Source: Planctomycetota bacterium
GTDB taxonomy: Bacteria; Planctomycetota; SZUA-567; H5-PLA8
Direction: 5' to 3'
Length of the DNA: 64,000 nucleotides
NCBI GenBank assembly: GCA_038227875.1
Contig: JBBRPR010000016.1
Span: 92,139 to 156,138 of the forward strand
Shown: in pieces, positions 38,177 to 47,417 of the stretch
How positions within the stretch are numbered: the stretch's first letter is position 1
Layout: every line of letters starts with the position of its first letter
Made by a program: the position numbers and the translations under genes
The notes under the pieces: generated by a model
The model's input: only the letters and a program-made list of their open reading frames with translations
What the model was told of the DNA's origin: nothing
Database searches by the model: none

Positions 38177-41100
38177 CTATTCGTTCTTGATGTCCCCGAA
38201 CGGACGTCCGTCCAGATCGGCGATGCGGAAGATGAAGCCGAGTTTGTCGCGCAGCGCGCCGACCTTGATCAGCACGTCGTTTTCGCCGGCGCGCAGATCG
38301 ATGGCCACGGCTTCAATGTCCTGCCGCGGCTGAGTCTCACGGTCGTCGACCAGCCGCTTGCCATTCACCCAGATCGAAATGCTCTCCTGCGCGCCAAAGT
38401 AAAGCATCGCGTGCCGCTTGGCCGGTACATTGAACTTGGCGTACGCGTAGCCGAAATAGCCGGCCGCGTCCTTTTCCTGCTGCTTGGGCGAAATGACAAA
38501 AAATCGGCGCAGGTCGACATACGGGTCCGTGTTGGGTTTCTTGTCTTTCGAAATCTTGTTGGAGATTTTCTGCCACGCGAGCTTCTTCGGGCCAAAGTCG
38601 CTGGCCACTGTCCACGCCAGGTTCACGCCGCGTTCCGGGTCGAGGACGTTGTCCATGCCGCGCTTGTCGCCGGTGGCCAGGAACGGTCCGATCACGTTCC
38701 ACTCCGTCCATACGGGCGCAACGCCGGTGTAGAACGCGCGGCGGACATCGCGGGCGAGTCTGCATTCGATCATGAGATCGCCGCACTGGGCCTGCGCTTC
38801 GGCGGCCGTCATCGAGCGGCCGTAGAATTCGTAGAGCATCTTCACGATCGCCAGATCATTCGGGCCGCCGGCATTGGCGGTGAGAAATGTGCGCAGTTCG
38901 TCGATGGCCTGTTTGGGATCGGTGTAGCCGTTGACGACTTGCTGGATCAGGCGCAGTCCTTCGCCGGTGTCGGGGATGATTCCGGCGGCCTTGCGCAGAA
39001 TCTCCGGCGTTGGCGGCGTGGCGACAATGGCCGGACCCGTCGCAAAGGAAAAGAGCGTGCCGTTGTTGTCGATCATGGCGATTTCTGGATCGATGGTGAC
39101 ATCCGTTGCGCGCGCGCGATCGAAAACAAATGCTTTTGCGCCGGCGTGCCTGGGTTCGTCGACAAAGCGGACCGGATGCCGGTTGATCTTGACCTGATCG
39201 GGCATCTTGCCGGAAAGCGTAAACGTTTCCTTGCCATTGACGATTGCGCTGAGGTGATCGAAGTAGACGACGCCATCGAAGTTGCCGAGGCTGACGGTAT
39301 GAATCGAGTCTTCGTGGAGATTGAGCAGCGCGGCAGGAATGCGCAGTTCCGTCCATACGCCGGGCGGGGGCAGGGCACCCATGTTCAGCCGTTCGTGCGT
39401 GTTTTCACGCCCCCAGCTCCCGTGATAAACGCCCCAATACGCGCTGGCGCACCAGCCGTGGGCGGGACTTTGAAAGCGGAGCACAATTGTTTTCGGCGGC
39501 TGCTTCGGGTCCGGAAAAACCCAGACGCGAATTTCATCGCCGCTCAGGGCGCGCAGTACTGCCGGAGGCGCTTTGGCCTCGCGCAAAAATGTCTCCAGAT
39601 GCGACTGCGGATTGGCGTCTTTCGGTGTGGCCCGCTCGTACAAAAATTGCAGCCGCGCCGCGACGGGAATCACGTTGGGCGAGCCCGGATGCGCGCGCAC
39701 GAATTCTTCCAGTTCGCGAATGCCATCGGCGACCGCGTTCGGGCCGCTCTTGCTCTGCACGAGCAGTTCGAGGAAACGGTACGCGTCTTCGGAGTCCGGC
39801 ATCAACCCGACGACCTTGCGGTAGCGTTCGAGCTTGTCCTGCGAAATGTCGAGCAGCTCCACGCGGCTGAGCATCTGCGGGCCGGGACAGGGCGCGGTGA
39901 TACCCGAGCCCAACTCGAGCGCGCCTTTGACGCCCGCGCCGTCATCATCGTACACGGCGACGCCGAGGCTAAGCTGCATCTGCGAACCTGGCCGTTGCGC
40001 GGGATCCTTGCGCAGCAGCGCCCACGGAATCAGCAGCTCGTAGCGGTAGCCTTTGCCGTTGGGCAGGCGGCTGACGTGGCCCTGTGGAGTCACGCCGGTC
40101 GTCTTCGTGTCGCCGGCCTCGCAGGTGAGCAGCGACTGGCCGTTGGCCCAGGCCAGCGTCACGATCACCGTTTCACCGCGGTCGGTCCACGCCTGTCCCT
40201 GTGCCTGCGAACCGACAAAGACGCGGATGCTGTCGCCGCTGGTTGCTTCCAATCCGGGCGATGGCGGGACCAGCACGTCGTCGTTGACCTCCACGGCCAG
40301 CACCACGCCGTCGCGGTTCCACGCGGGCAGAATTCTGGCGCTGAGGTCGTTCGGGCCGCTCCATTTTTCAGTGCCCAACGGCACGTATTCCAGCGGCGCT
40401 TGCAGCGCCAGCGGTTCACCGGAACCCCACGCAGCCGGATCGCTGTCGAGGCGGACATTGGGCGGCGCCAACAATGCCTGCAGCGTTGGACGCTCAAACG
40501 AATACAGCGCGGAACGCCGGTCGATCGTGCGCTCTGAGGAGAGCGTGCCGGTTTTCAGTTCCGCGCGCAGATTTTCGGCTGCATCGGTGGCCGGCGCGCC
40601 ATACGCGGCGAGCGCGAACACACCCTCGCGCGTGTTGTAGGCCAGCACGTTGCCATACTGAACGAGATTGAGGTCCACGGACGCGTAGCCCGTATGCAGC
40701 GGCGCGCCGGGCAGGACCTGTTCGTTGATGATCGCGCCGGTTTTCCAATCGACGGAGCGCAGCACGATCTGTTCCTGCGCGCGAAGGTAAAGCAGGTTGA
40801 CGCGGTCGCCGGTGACGCAGACGTGCTGCGGCGACATCGGCGCGGATTCGGAGAGCGGCGTCTTCCACACTTCCTTGCCGGGGCCGGTTTCCCGCGTCAG
40901 GCGATCGGGGTAGATGCAGAAGTATTCGCCGTTGACCTGGGCCGCATAAGTCCGCGAGAGCGTCGGATGAATTTCCTTGCCGTCGGACGGATTGAAGCGG
41001 TGGAGCACAAACGGTCCGTTGCGGTCGCGCTTGTCCCAGCCGCAATACGTGACGACATCCGCGTCGAAACGCAGCGGGCTGTTCCGTTGCTCCTGCCCCG

Positions 41101-44100
41101 CGATGGGATTGATGTACAGGCTGTCGAGCCGCGGCAGGCTCTTGCGCCAGAGCGGTTCGGTGTGGATCAGATCGATGCAGAAAATTGCTTCGGTGCCGCG
41201 CAACGCCAGGCGCTGGCGGTCGGGCGACAATTCCACGGCGATGTCCTCGCCTTGCTTTCCAAGCGGCAGAGCCTTGACCAGGTGTCCGGTGCGGCCGTCG
41301 TAGAAATTGAGGAAGCTGTCTTCCTTCAGTTTGTAAGAGAGAATCGCCATGCCGTTGCCGGCGTTCAGCGAGGAGGGCTTCTGATTGTAGCCGTCGAAAT
41401 GATGGCGCCAGAGTTCCGCGCCAGTGCGAAAATCCCATGCCACCAGCCAATCGCCGGCGACCGCGAAAACGTGTTCGTCGTCGATGGCGAATTTGGAGAA
41501 AATGCCGGTCTTGCCGGCGCGCTTGCCGCGCGCGGCCTTCTTCTGCGCTCCGGCTCCGGCCACGGGTGGCGTGAGTTCGGAGAGCGTTTGTCCCGTGGTG
41601 CGATCCAACGCCAGGATGCTCCGCCCGGTCATCACCGCCAGTGCAGTCGGGCCGGCCTCGAGCGCCACCGCCTCGGAGCCGACGTAGGTTTTCCAGATTA
41701 CGTCGCGGTCGGCGGTGAGGCGCAGGCACGACAGGACGTCACCGGCGCGCACGAAGACGCGATCCTGGGGGCCTTCGCGCGGGCGCAGAATGCGCGCGTC
41801 GTCGGCGGAAATTTGCCATGCGATGCCAATCGCGCCGTTGAGTGCGGATGCGGCCGGAACTTCGTCGGGTATCTTTTCGCCCAGCCGCGCGCGCATCGAC
41901 GCGGTGAAGACATCCTTCTTGACCTGCCACAGCCCGCCCGGGCTGGAAACATAATCGGGCGATGCCTTTTCAAACGCGGCCAGGCTCTGCAGCGCCGCGT
42001 CGCGCTTTCCGAGCTTCTGCAGCAGGCGCAGTTGCTGTGTCAGCGCATCGAGGCGGTCGTCGGAATCGTTCTCGGAATTTCCGGCAATGATTGCGCCGTA
42101 GACTTCGATGGCCTGTTCGGTCTTCCCCGCTGCGGCGAGGTCGCGCGCTTCGAACATCGGCAGCCTGGGCGATGGCGTGCCCTTCGGACCCACCGCGGCC
42201 AGTCCCGCTTCGCCGATGCCGACGAGTCGCTCGGGCGTCACAAGCAGATTCGCCAGCGCGCCGGCGCGTTCGTCCCACGCATAGGTATTGATGAGCAGTC
42301 CCGTGTGCGCGTCGATGCGGCGGAGTTCCTTCTCGGTCGGGACGTACACCACGCCGCCGGAGAGCGCCGGCTGGCCGTAGACCGCCTGGCCGTTCAGTTC
42401 ATGCCGCCAGACCACGGTGCCGTTTTCGGCGTTGAGCGCGGTGAGATTTTCTTCGCAGACCAGGATGTTGTCGTCGCTGACGCCGGCAATGAAGCGCGGG
42501 TTGATCACCGGGTTGTGCCAGCGCACCGTTCCGGTCTGGCGATCGATCGCGATCAGGCCGCTGCCATCTTTCGGCGCGACGAGGATCGTGTCTCCCGCCA
42601 CGACCGGCGAAAGCGGTCCGCTGCAGAATGTTGACGCGATGCGCACGCGGCCGTCGTATCCGTACTGATGAAAATCGGCGAAGCTTACTTTCGGATGACT
42701 GGTGATCCACTTTACTTCACCCGAGAACGCGTTGACCGCCGCGACCGTGGAGAGTCCGGTCGAGAGAAACACTTCGCCGCTGTCGACGGCTGGCGGACCG
42801 AGATGGACCGACGAGAGCAGCGTTCCGTTGAGCGTGTGAATCGGCGTTGCGCCGGTGACCAGCAGCGTCTTCCAGCGCAGGCGGCCGGTCTCGGCATCGA
42901 GCGCGGCGAGGCCGTGCTGATTCATGTCGCCACGCTCCAGGTAGATGGCGAAAGCGAGATTGTAGGCCGGAGCCGGGTCGCTGAGCCAGACGACGTCGCG
43001 CAATTCGGGTACGGAATCGGTGGTCCACTTCAGCTTGCCGCCGGCCGCGCTGTAGCAGCGCAACGAGGACTTTTGCGATTCCAGCGCCCGCATGTAAATG
43101 CTGCCGTTGAACAGCGTCGGGCACGAGATCGGAAATCCCGTGAATGGCGCGCGAAGCGGACTGCTGCCTGCGCCCCACGTTCGCGTCCAGAGGCTCCTGC
43201 CCGTCGCCAATTCAAACGCGCAGAGCGAATCGAGCGCCGAGACGTAGAGCGTCTTCTCGTCGCAGATGGGGTAGTTCTGTGGATGCGGCAGCTCGTCGGA
43301 CAGTTCAATTCCGGTGGTGCCCGAGGACGCGGAAGTGGGAATCAACCGCCGCGCCCACGCCAGCCCCGCCGGTTCCATCGCAGGGCCCAGACCCGCGCCG
43401 CTGCGGCGCATGCTGCCCATAAAGGTGGTCGTCGTGGTCGTCGCCGCGGACGCGTTCGCGCGTGGGGCGGGTTTGTCTTTCAGCGAGCTGCGAAGGCGGT
43501 CGGCGAGGACGGTCCCCGTGATCGACTCGCCGCCGAAGCTGACGGATGTATCAGGGAATTCCGTCTTCAGCCGGTCGACCGTGCGCGACGCGGCCTGGTC
43601 CTGGCCGTCCCGAAGCAATGCGCGCGCGAGTTTCGCCAGCAGCAGCGCGCGCGAGGGGCCTCCCTCCACCGGCTGCTCGCGCACGAGTATCTGAAACATC
43701 GACGCCGCCTGCGCGTACTGGCCGCGGTCGAAATACAGGTTGCCCGCCTGGTTGCGCGCGGTTTGTGCTGCCAGCGTGAAATAGTAGGAATCGGCGACCG
43801 ACTCCAGCGAACCCGGATCGCGGCTGGTCGTCGCGGATTTCAATCGCGCCGACGACGCCGAGGCCACGGCGCTGCGATACGCCTGCCGCGCTTTGTCCGG
43901 AAGGCTGGCCAGCAGTGCGCGGACGTATTCCCGCGCGCCGACCAGTCGCGTATAGAAGGGAGAGTTGTCGATGCGCACCTGCGAACCGGCGGAACCTTGC
44001 AGGATATCGGCGACATTGCGCATCGCCCGTTCCATATCATCGCCGCCGCCCGCCGCGAGTTGCCGGCGCACGGCGTCCAGTGTGCCAACGACGTCGTTGG

Positions 44101-47100
44101 TGGATTCGAAAAGCAGCCGTTCGGGCTTGGTCTTTACGGACCATTCCAGCCCGCCGAGCGCTGTCGTCTGCGTCGCGCCATTGTTGAAGCCCTCGCGGAC
44201 GATGCGTTCGTACAGCGGTGCGGCGCCGGTGGTCAGGCCCAGGTCGCGGCGCAGCGTCGCGCGGAAATTCAGCCCGTTGTAAAACTGATCCGTGAACATG
44301 GGGTAGCGGCTGATCGCGTCGCGCAGCACGTTGTCGGCGGCCAGCATCCGCCCTTCGCTGCCCATCGCTTCGTATTGGCGCGTCGAAAGATCCCAGACCA
44401 GGCGGTCCTTCCCCGGGAATTCGCCGCGCGCGAGCAGGTCGTCGAGCGGCTGCTGCAGCAGTTGAATCATCGTCGCCGTTTCACCGTTGGTGCGGAGACG
44501 GTCGGCGGCATTAATCAGGGTCGGATAGGTGAAGTACGGCGGCTCGGGATTGCACAGCCGTGCGATGGCGTCGGCCAGTGCCGTCCACACGGCGCTGTGC
44601 GTCTTGCCTTCGCAGACGCTGAAGAGCTGATCGAGATCGGCCTTCCGTTCGGCGATTGAATTGGGAAACTGCCGTGCGCAGAGCGCCTGAACAAGGAGAC
44701 TTGCGCCCAATTCCGATTCGCGGCTGAAGCGGACGCGGAACGCGAACTTCGGCGTGCCCTGCGGCGGATCGATGCGGAGCAGAAAATGATGCTTCCCTTT
44801 TTCGATCTTGAGCGGCAGCCGGTCGCGTTCGAAGCGGTACGATCCGACGTTCTCGTTTTCGCCGATCAGCTTGCCGTCCAGCCACGCGCGCCACGGTCCG
44901 CAGGCGCTCAGGCGCAGCACCGTGTCGGTGCTCTCCGCGACATCCAGGTCGCGCGTCAGGTAGCCGTTGGTGCACGGCGGCGTGCCCTGCCACTGCGTCA
45001 GGTCGATGCCCAGTTCACTGTTGAAGTCGTTGGGCTTGCCGTCGGTGCTGCCGAGATCCAGCTCGACCCACTTATGGCCTTGTCCGTAGTCGGCAGTGGG
45101 CGCCGAATTCTTTTCGGGCCCCAGTTCGTCACTCAACTTTGCCGCCGGTTCGCTCGTGAAGCACACAAAGCGCCACGGGCCCGTCCACGGCACGGCGCCG
45201 AATTCGGCGCCGAGATGTTTCACGACCTGCGCCTTGAAGGCGTTGGCGTCGGGATACTTTTTCTTGTCATCGGCGTCGGAAATCGCGACCGCGTAGGCTT
45301 TCGAGAGCGCCAGATGCGCAGCGGCGTCCGGGTCGGATGCGCACGTCGCCAAAAGCAGCGCGCCCCAGTATCCGCCCAGCGCGCGGGCAAATTTGCCCGC
45401 TTTCAAGTCGGCGCTGGCATCCGCGGCGAACGCGGCGGCCATCGGGTTTTTCGAGCCGGGAAGTTGCGTCAGCGCGCGTTCGACGGCGTGGCAGGCTTCC
45501 TTGATTGAAGCGCTCTCGATTTTCTCGGCAGCAACACGCTTGACCTCGGAGCTCCAGCGTTCCATCGCAATTTCGATCGCCGCATCGGAGCGGTCCTCGC
45601 TGCCCGCGCCGGTGCTGGCGACGAGTTCTTCGAGCGCCTTGAGTCGCGGTTCGGATGCGCCGGCATTTTCGTACGCTCCGGCCAGGCTGCGCCAGACAAA
45701 CGCGAGGGTCTCTGGCGCGGCGTTGACGACGGCCCTTTTTGCGCGATTTTGAGCGGCGTCGGCCTTGCCGGAGAGCACTTCCCCGCGCAACGCCGCGCGC
45801 AACGCGTGCTGCGTGCCGTCGATGCCCGGTTTCAGCGCCAGAAACGCGTCCGCCGCGCGGACGAGACCTTCGCGGTCGCGCAGCGTTTCCAGGATTCTCA
45901 CTTTCGTGTCGAACGCCTCCAGCCGCGCGCGGTCGTCGCTGCTGAAGGCCGCGATAGCGCGGTCGCAGGCGGCCAGCGCCTGAAAGAAGCGCAGGAGACT
46001 TTCGTAGCGCCGGGGAATTTCCAACCGTGCTTCGGCCGCATTCGGAGCCAGCGTGGTATCGGGGAAAAACTCGAGCAGTTTTTCCAGCAGCGCGATGCGG
46101 TATTCCGGATCGTTCCGTTCGACGCGCAGGTAGAATCCCGAATCGCTTTTGATTTCGTTGAGCCGGACCTTGATGGTATTCGCACCTTTATTCATTGGCA
46201 CGGCGACGCAGTGCCGGTCCTTCATCGCATGCCGCTGCCAGGTGCTCCGTTCCTGCTCATTGGCCACTTCCATGTTGTTCACAAATACGATCATCGGGTC
46301 GATCGAATCGAACCAGATCAGCGCTTCGCCGTTTACCGGCCAGTCGATGTCCGCCTTCAGCCACTGCAGGCCCGTGGCGTGATTCATCAATTCCGGGACG
46401 TCGACGTACGAATCGTTGTCTTCGTCCGGACGCGACCAGGTCGGTTGTTCGGGAACTTTAATCGCCTTGCCGTCCGCGGTTTTCAGATCGGTCCATTTGT
46501 CGGTCAGGTCCGGCGCGAAAAGTTTCGTGTTCGGATGGTTTTCGCTGAGCGGCCCCAGCAGCGACCACTTGCGCGGCACGCCGGACGCCAGCGCCGTGGC
46601 GTTTGTCTGTTCCCACGAGTCCTGCTTGGTCAGCTCCAGCGGCGCGACTGCGCCCCCGGACGACGCCTCGCTGAGCACCACCTCGCGGATCAGCGCGCTG
46701 AAGAGCGTTTTGCCGACCGCGCCGGGAATGTTGTTGGCCATTCCGGCGTTGGCGGGCTTGTCCCACTGCGTGCCGGAGTACGCGCGGCCGACGATGATTT
46801 TTCCCGGCCCCTTTTTGGCGGTGACGCCCTTGCGTTCAATGTCCGTCAGCCGGAACCACTCGACGCCATTGGAGCTGGCGTAAAAAAGGATGCTGTGCGA
46901 CAGCAGCACCAGCCGCACGTAGCCGTCGCTGGAATACGCTTTGCCCTTCGCCTTAAGGTCTCGAAATACATAGGGCGCGTACTGTTCGCCGTAGACGCCG
47001 CCCGATTCCCAGACAGCCTTCAGCGTGCGGTTGTCGTAGAGCTGCAGCGTGCAGAAGTTTTCGTTGTCCCAGTAGAAATGAACGCCCGGGCACAACGGCC

Positions 47101-47395
47101 CTTCGGCGCCGTCCTGCGTCCGCACATAAGCGCTGATCACCAGCGGCCGCTCGTCGGAACCGTCGGCGCTGTTCTCGCGGGAGACGAACGCGCAGACCTT
47201 GCTCTCGCTTTTGATCTGCAGGCCTTCGGGCGATGGCGTGACCGAACCGGCGCTGCCGGGGCCGACTGTCTCTTTCCATTCGGGTGGAAGTTTGGGACCT
47301 GTGAACGATTCAGCGCGGGCGGCGCAAGTTAATGCAGAAATGAAGAAAGCGAACAGCGCGCAAGTTGCGCGTGTTGACATGAACTGGCGCCGCAT
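38177..47395 (-). CDS. Giant secreted multidomain protein (TPR-like helices, PQQ/BamB-type beta-propellers, three jelly-roll repeats, CBM9/DOMON-like domain)
   Basis: Signal peptide; repeated A.D..TG...W propeller blades; three W...GP..YVD/GID..W.NG/DG..L..G.N/H units; DLSA...W....V.LAVEVNDD..YELLIPW. Confidence 0.85.
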   Translation of the reverse strand: MRRQFMSTRATCALFAFFISALTCAARAESFTGPKLPPEWKETVGPGSAGSVTPSPEGLQIKSESKVCAFVSRENSADGSDERPLVISAYVRTQDGAEGPLCPGVHFYWDNENFCTLQLYDNRTLKAVWESGGVYGEQYAPYVFRDLKAKGKAYSSDGYVRLVLLSHSILFYASSNGVEWFRLTDIERKGVTAKKGPGKIIVGRAYSGTQWDKPANAGMANNIPGAVGKTLFSALIREVVLSEASSGGAVAPLELTKQDSWEQTNATALASGVPRKWSLLGPLSENHPNTKLFAPDLTDKWTDLKTADGKAIKVPEQPTWSRPDEDNDSYVDVPELMNHATGLQWLKADIDWPVNGEALIWFDSIDPMIVFVNNMEVANEQERSTWQRHAMKDRHCVAVPMNKGANTIKVRLNEIKSDSGFYLRVERNDPEYRIALLEKLLEFFPDTTLAPNAAEARLEIPRRYESLLRFFQALAACDRAIAAFSSDDRARLEAFDTKVRILETLRDREGLVRAADAFLALKPGIDGTQHALRAALRGEVLSGKADAAQNRAKRAVVNAAPETLAFVWRSLAGAYENAGASEPRLKALEELVASTGAGSEDRSDAAIEIAMERWSSEVKRVAAEKIESASIKEACHAVERALTQLPGSKNPMAAAFAADASADLKAGKFARALGGYWGALLLATCASDPDAAAHLALSKAYAVAISDADDKKKYPDANAFKAQVVKHLGAEFGAVPWTGPWRFVCFTSEPAAKLSDELGPEKNSAPTADYGQGHKWVELDLGSTDGKPNDFNSELGIDLTQWQGTPPCTNGYLTRDLDVAESTDTVLRLSACGPWRAWLDGKLIGENENVGSYRFERDRLPLKIEKGKHHFLLRIDPPQGTPKFAFRVRFSRESELGASLLVQALCARQFPNSIAERKADLDQLFSVCEGKTHSAVWTALADAIARLCNPEPPYFTYPTLINAADRLRTNGETATMIQLLQQPLDDLLARGEFPGKDRLVWDLSTRQYEAMGSEGRMLAADNVLRDAISRYPMFTDQFYNGLNFRATLRRDLGLTTGAAPLYERIVREGFNNGATQTTALGGLEWSVKTKPERLLFESTNDVVGTLDAVRRQLAAGGGDDMERAMRNVADILQGSAGSQVRIDNSPFYTRLVGAREYVRALLASLPDKARQAYRSAVASASSARLKSATTSRDPGSLESVADSYYFTLAAQTARNQAGNLYFDRGQYAQAASMFQILVREQPVEGGPSRALLLAKLARALLRDGQDQAASRTVDRLKTEFPDTSVSFGGESITGTVLADRLRSSLKDKPAPRANASAATTTTTTFMGSMRRSGAGLGPAMEPAGLAWARRLIPTSASSGTTGIELSDELPHPQNYPICDEKTLYVSALDSLCAFELATGRSLWTRTWGAGSSPLRAPFTGFPISCPTLFNGSIYMRALESQKSSLRCYSAAGGKLKWTTDSVPELRDVVWLSDPAPAYNLAFAIYLERGDMNQHGLAALDAETGRLRWKTLLVTGATPIHTLNGTLLSSVHLGPPAVDSGEVFLSTGLSTVAAVNAFSGEVKWITSHPKVSFADFHQYGYDGRVRIASTFCSGPLSPVVAGDTILVAPKDGSGLIAIDRQTGTVRWHNPVINPRFIAGVSDDNILVCEENLTALNAENGTVVWRHELNGQAVYGQPALSGGVVYVPTEKELRRIDAHTGLLINTYAWDERAGALANLLVTPERLVGIGEAGLAAVGPKGTPSPRLPMFEARDLAAAGKTEQAIEVYGAIIAGNSENDSDDRLDALTQQLRLLQKLGKRDAALQSLAAFEKASPDYVSSPGGLWQVKKDVFTASMRARLGEKIPDEVPAASALNGAIGIAWQISADDARILRPREGPQDRVFVRAGDVLSCLRLTADRDVIWKTYVGSEAVALEAGPTALAVMTGRSILALDRTTGQTLSELTPPVAGAGAQKKAARGKRAGKTGIFSKFAIDDEHVFAVAGDWLVAWDFRTGAELWRHHFDGYNQKPSSLNAGNGMAILSYKLKEDSFLNFYDGRTGHLVKALPLGKQGEDIAVELSPDRQRLALRGTEAIFCIDLIHTEPLWRKSLPRLDSLYINPIAGQEQRNSPLRFDADVVTYCGWDKRDRNGPFVLHRFNPSDGKEIHPTLSRTYAAQVNGEYFCIYPDRLTRETGPGKEVWKTPLSESAPMSPQHVCVTGDRVNLLYLRAQEQIVLRSVDWKTGAIINEQVLPGAPLHTGYASVDLNLVQYGNVLAYNTREGVFALAAYGAPATDAAENLRAELKTGTLSSERTIDRRSALYSFERPTLQALLAPPNVRLDSDPAAWGSGEPLALQAPLEYVPLGTEKWSGPNDLSARILPAWNRDGVVLAVEVNDDVLVPPSPGLEATSGDSIRVFVGSQAQGQAWTDRGETVIVTLAWANGQSLLTCEAGDTKTTGVTPQGHVSRLPNGKGYRYELLIPWALLRKDPAQRPGSQMQLSLGVAVYDDDGAGVKGALELGSGITAPCPGPQMLSRVELLDISQDKLERYRKVVGLMPDSEDAYRFLELLVQSKSGPNAVADGIRELEEFVRAHPGSPNVIPVAARLQFLYERATPKDANPQSHLETFLREAKAPPAVLRALSGDEIRVWVFPDPKQPPKTIVLRFQSPAHGWCASAYWGVYHGSWGRENTHERLNMGALPPPGVWTELRIPAALLNLHEDSIHTVSLGNFDGVVYFDHLSAIVNGKETFTLSGKMPDQVKINRHPVRFVDEPRHAGAKAFVFDRARATDVTIDPEIAMIDNNGTLFSFATGPAIVATPPTPEILRKAAGIIPDTGEGLRLIQQVVNGYTDPKQAIDELRTFLTANAGGPNDLAIVKMLYEFYGRSMTAAEAQAQCGDLMIECRLARDVRRAFYTGVAPVWTEWNVIGPFLATGDKRGMDNVLDPERGVNLAWTVASDFGPKKLAWQKISNKISKDKKPNTDPYVDLRRFFVISPKQQEKDAAGYFGYAYAKFNVPAKRHAMLYFGAQESISIWVNGKRLVDDRETQPRQDIEAVAIDLRAGENDVLIKVGALRDKLGFIFRIADLDGRPFGDIKNE

Positions 47396-47417
47396 GAGTC
47401 CCTCAGAAAATTGTTGC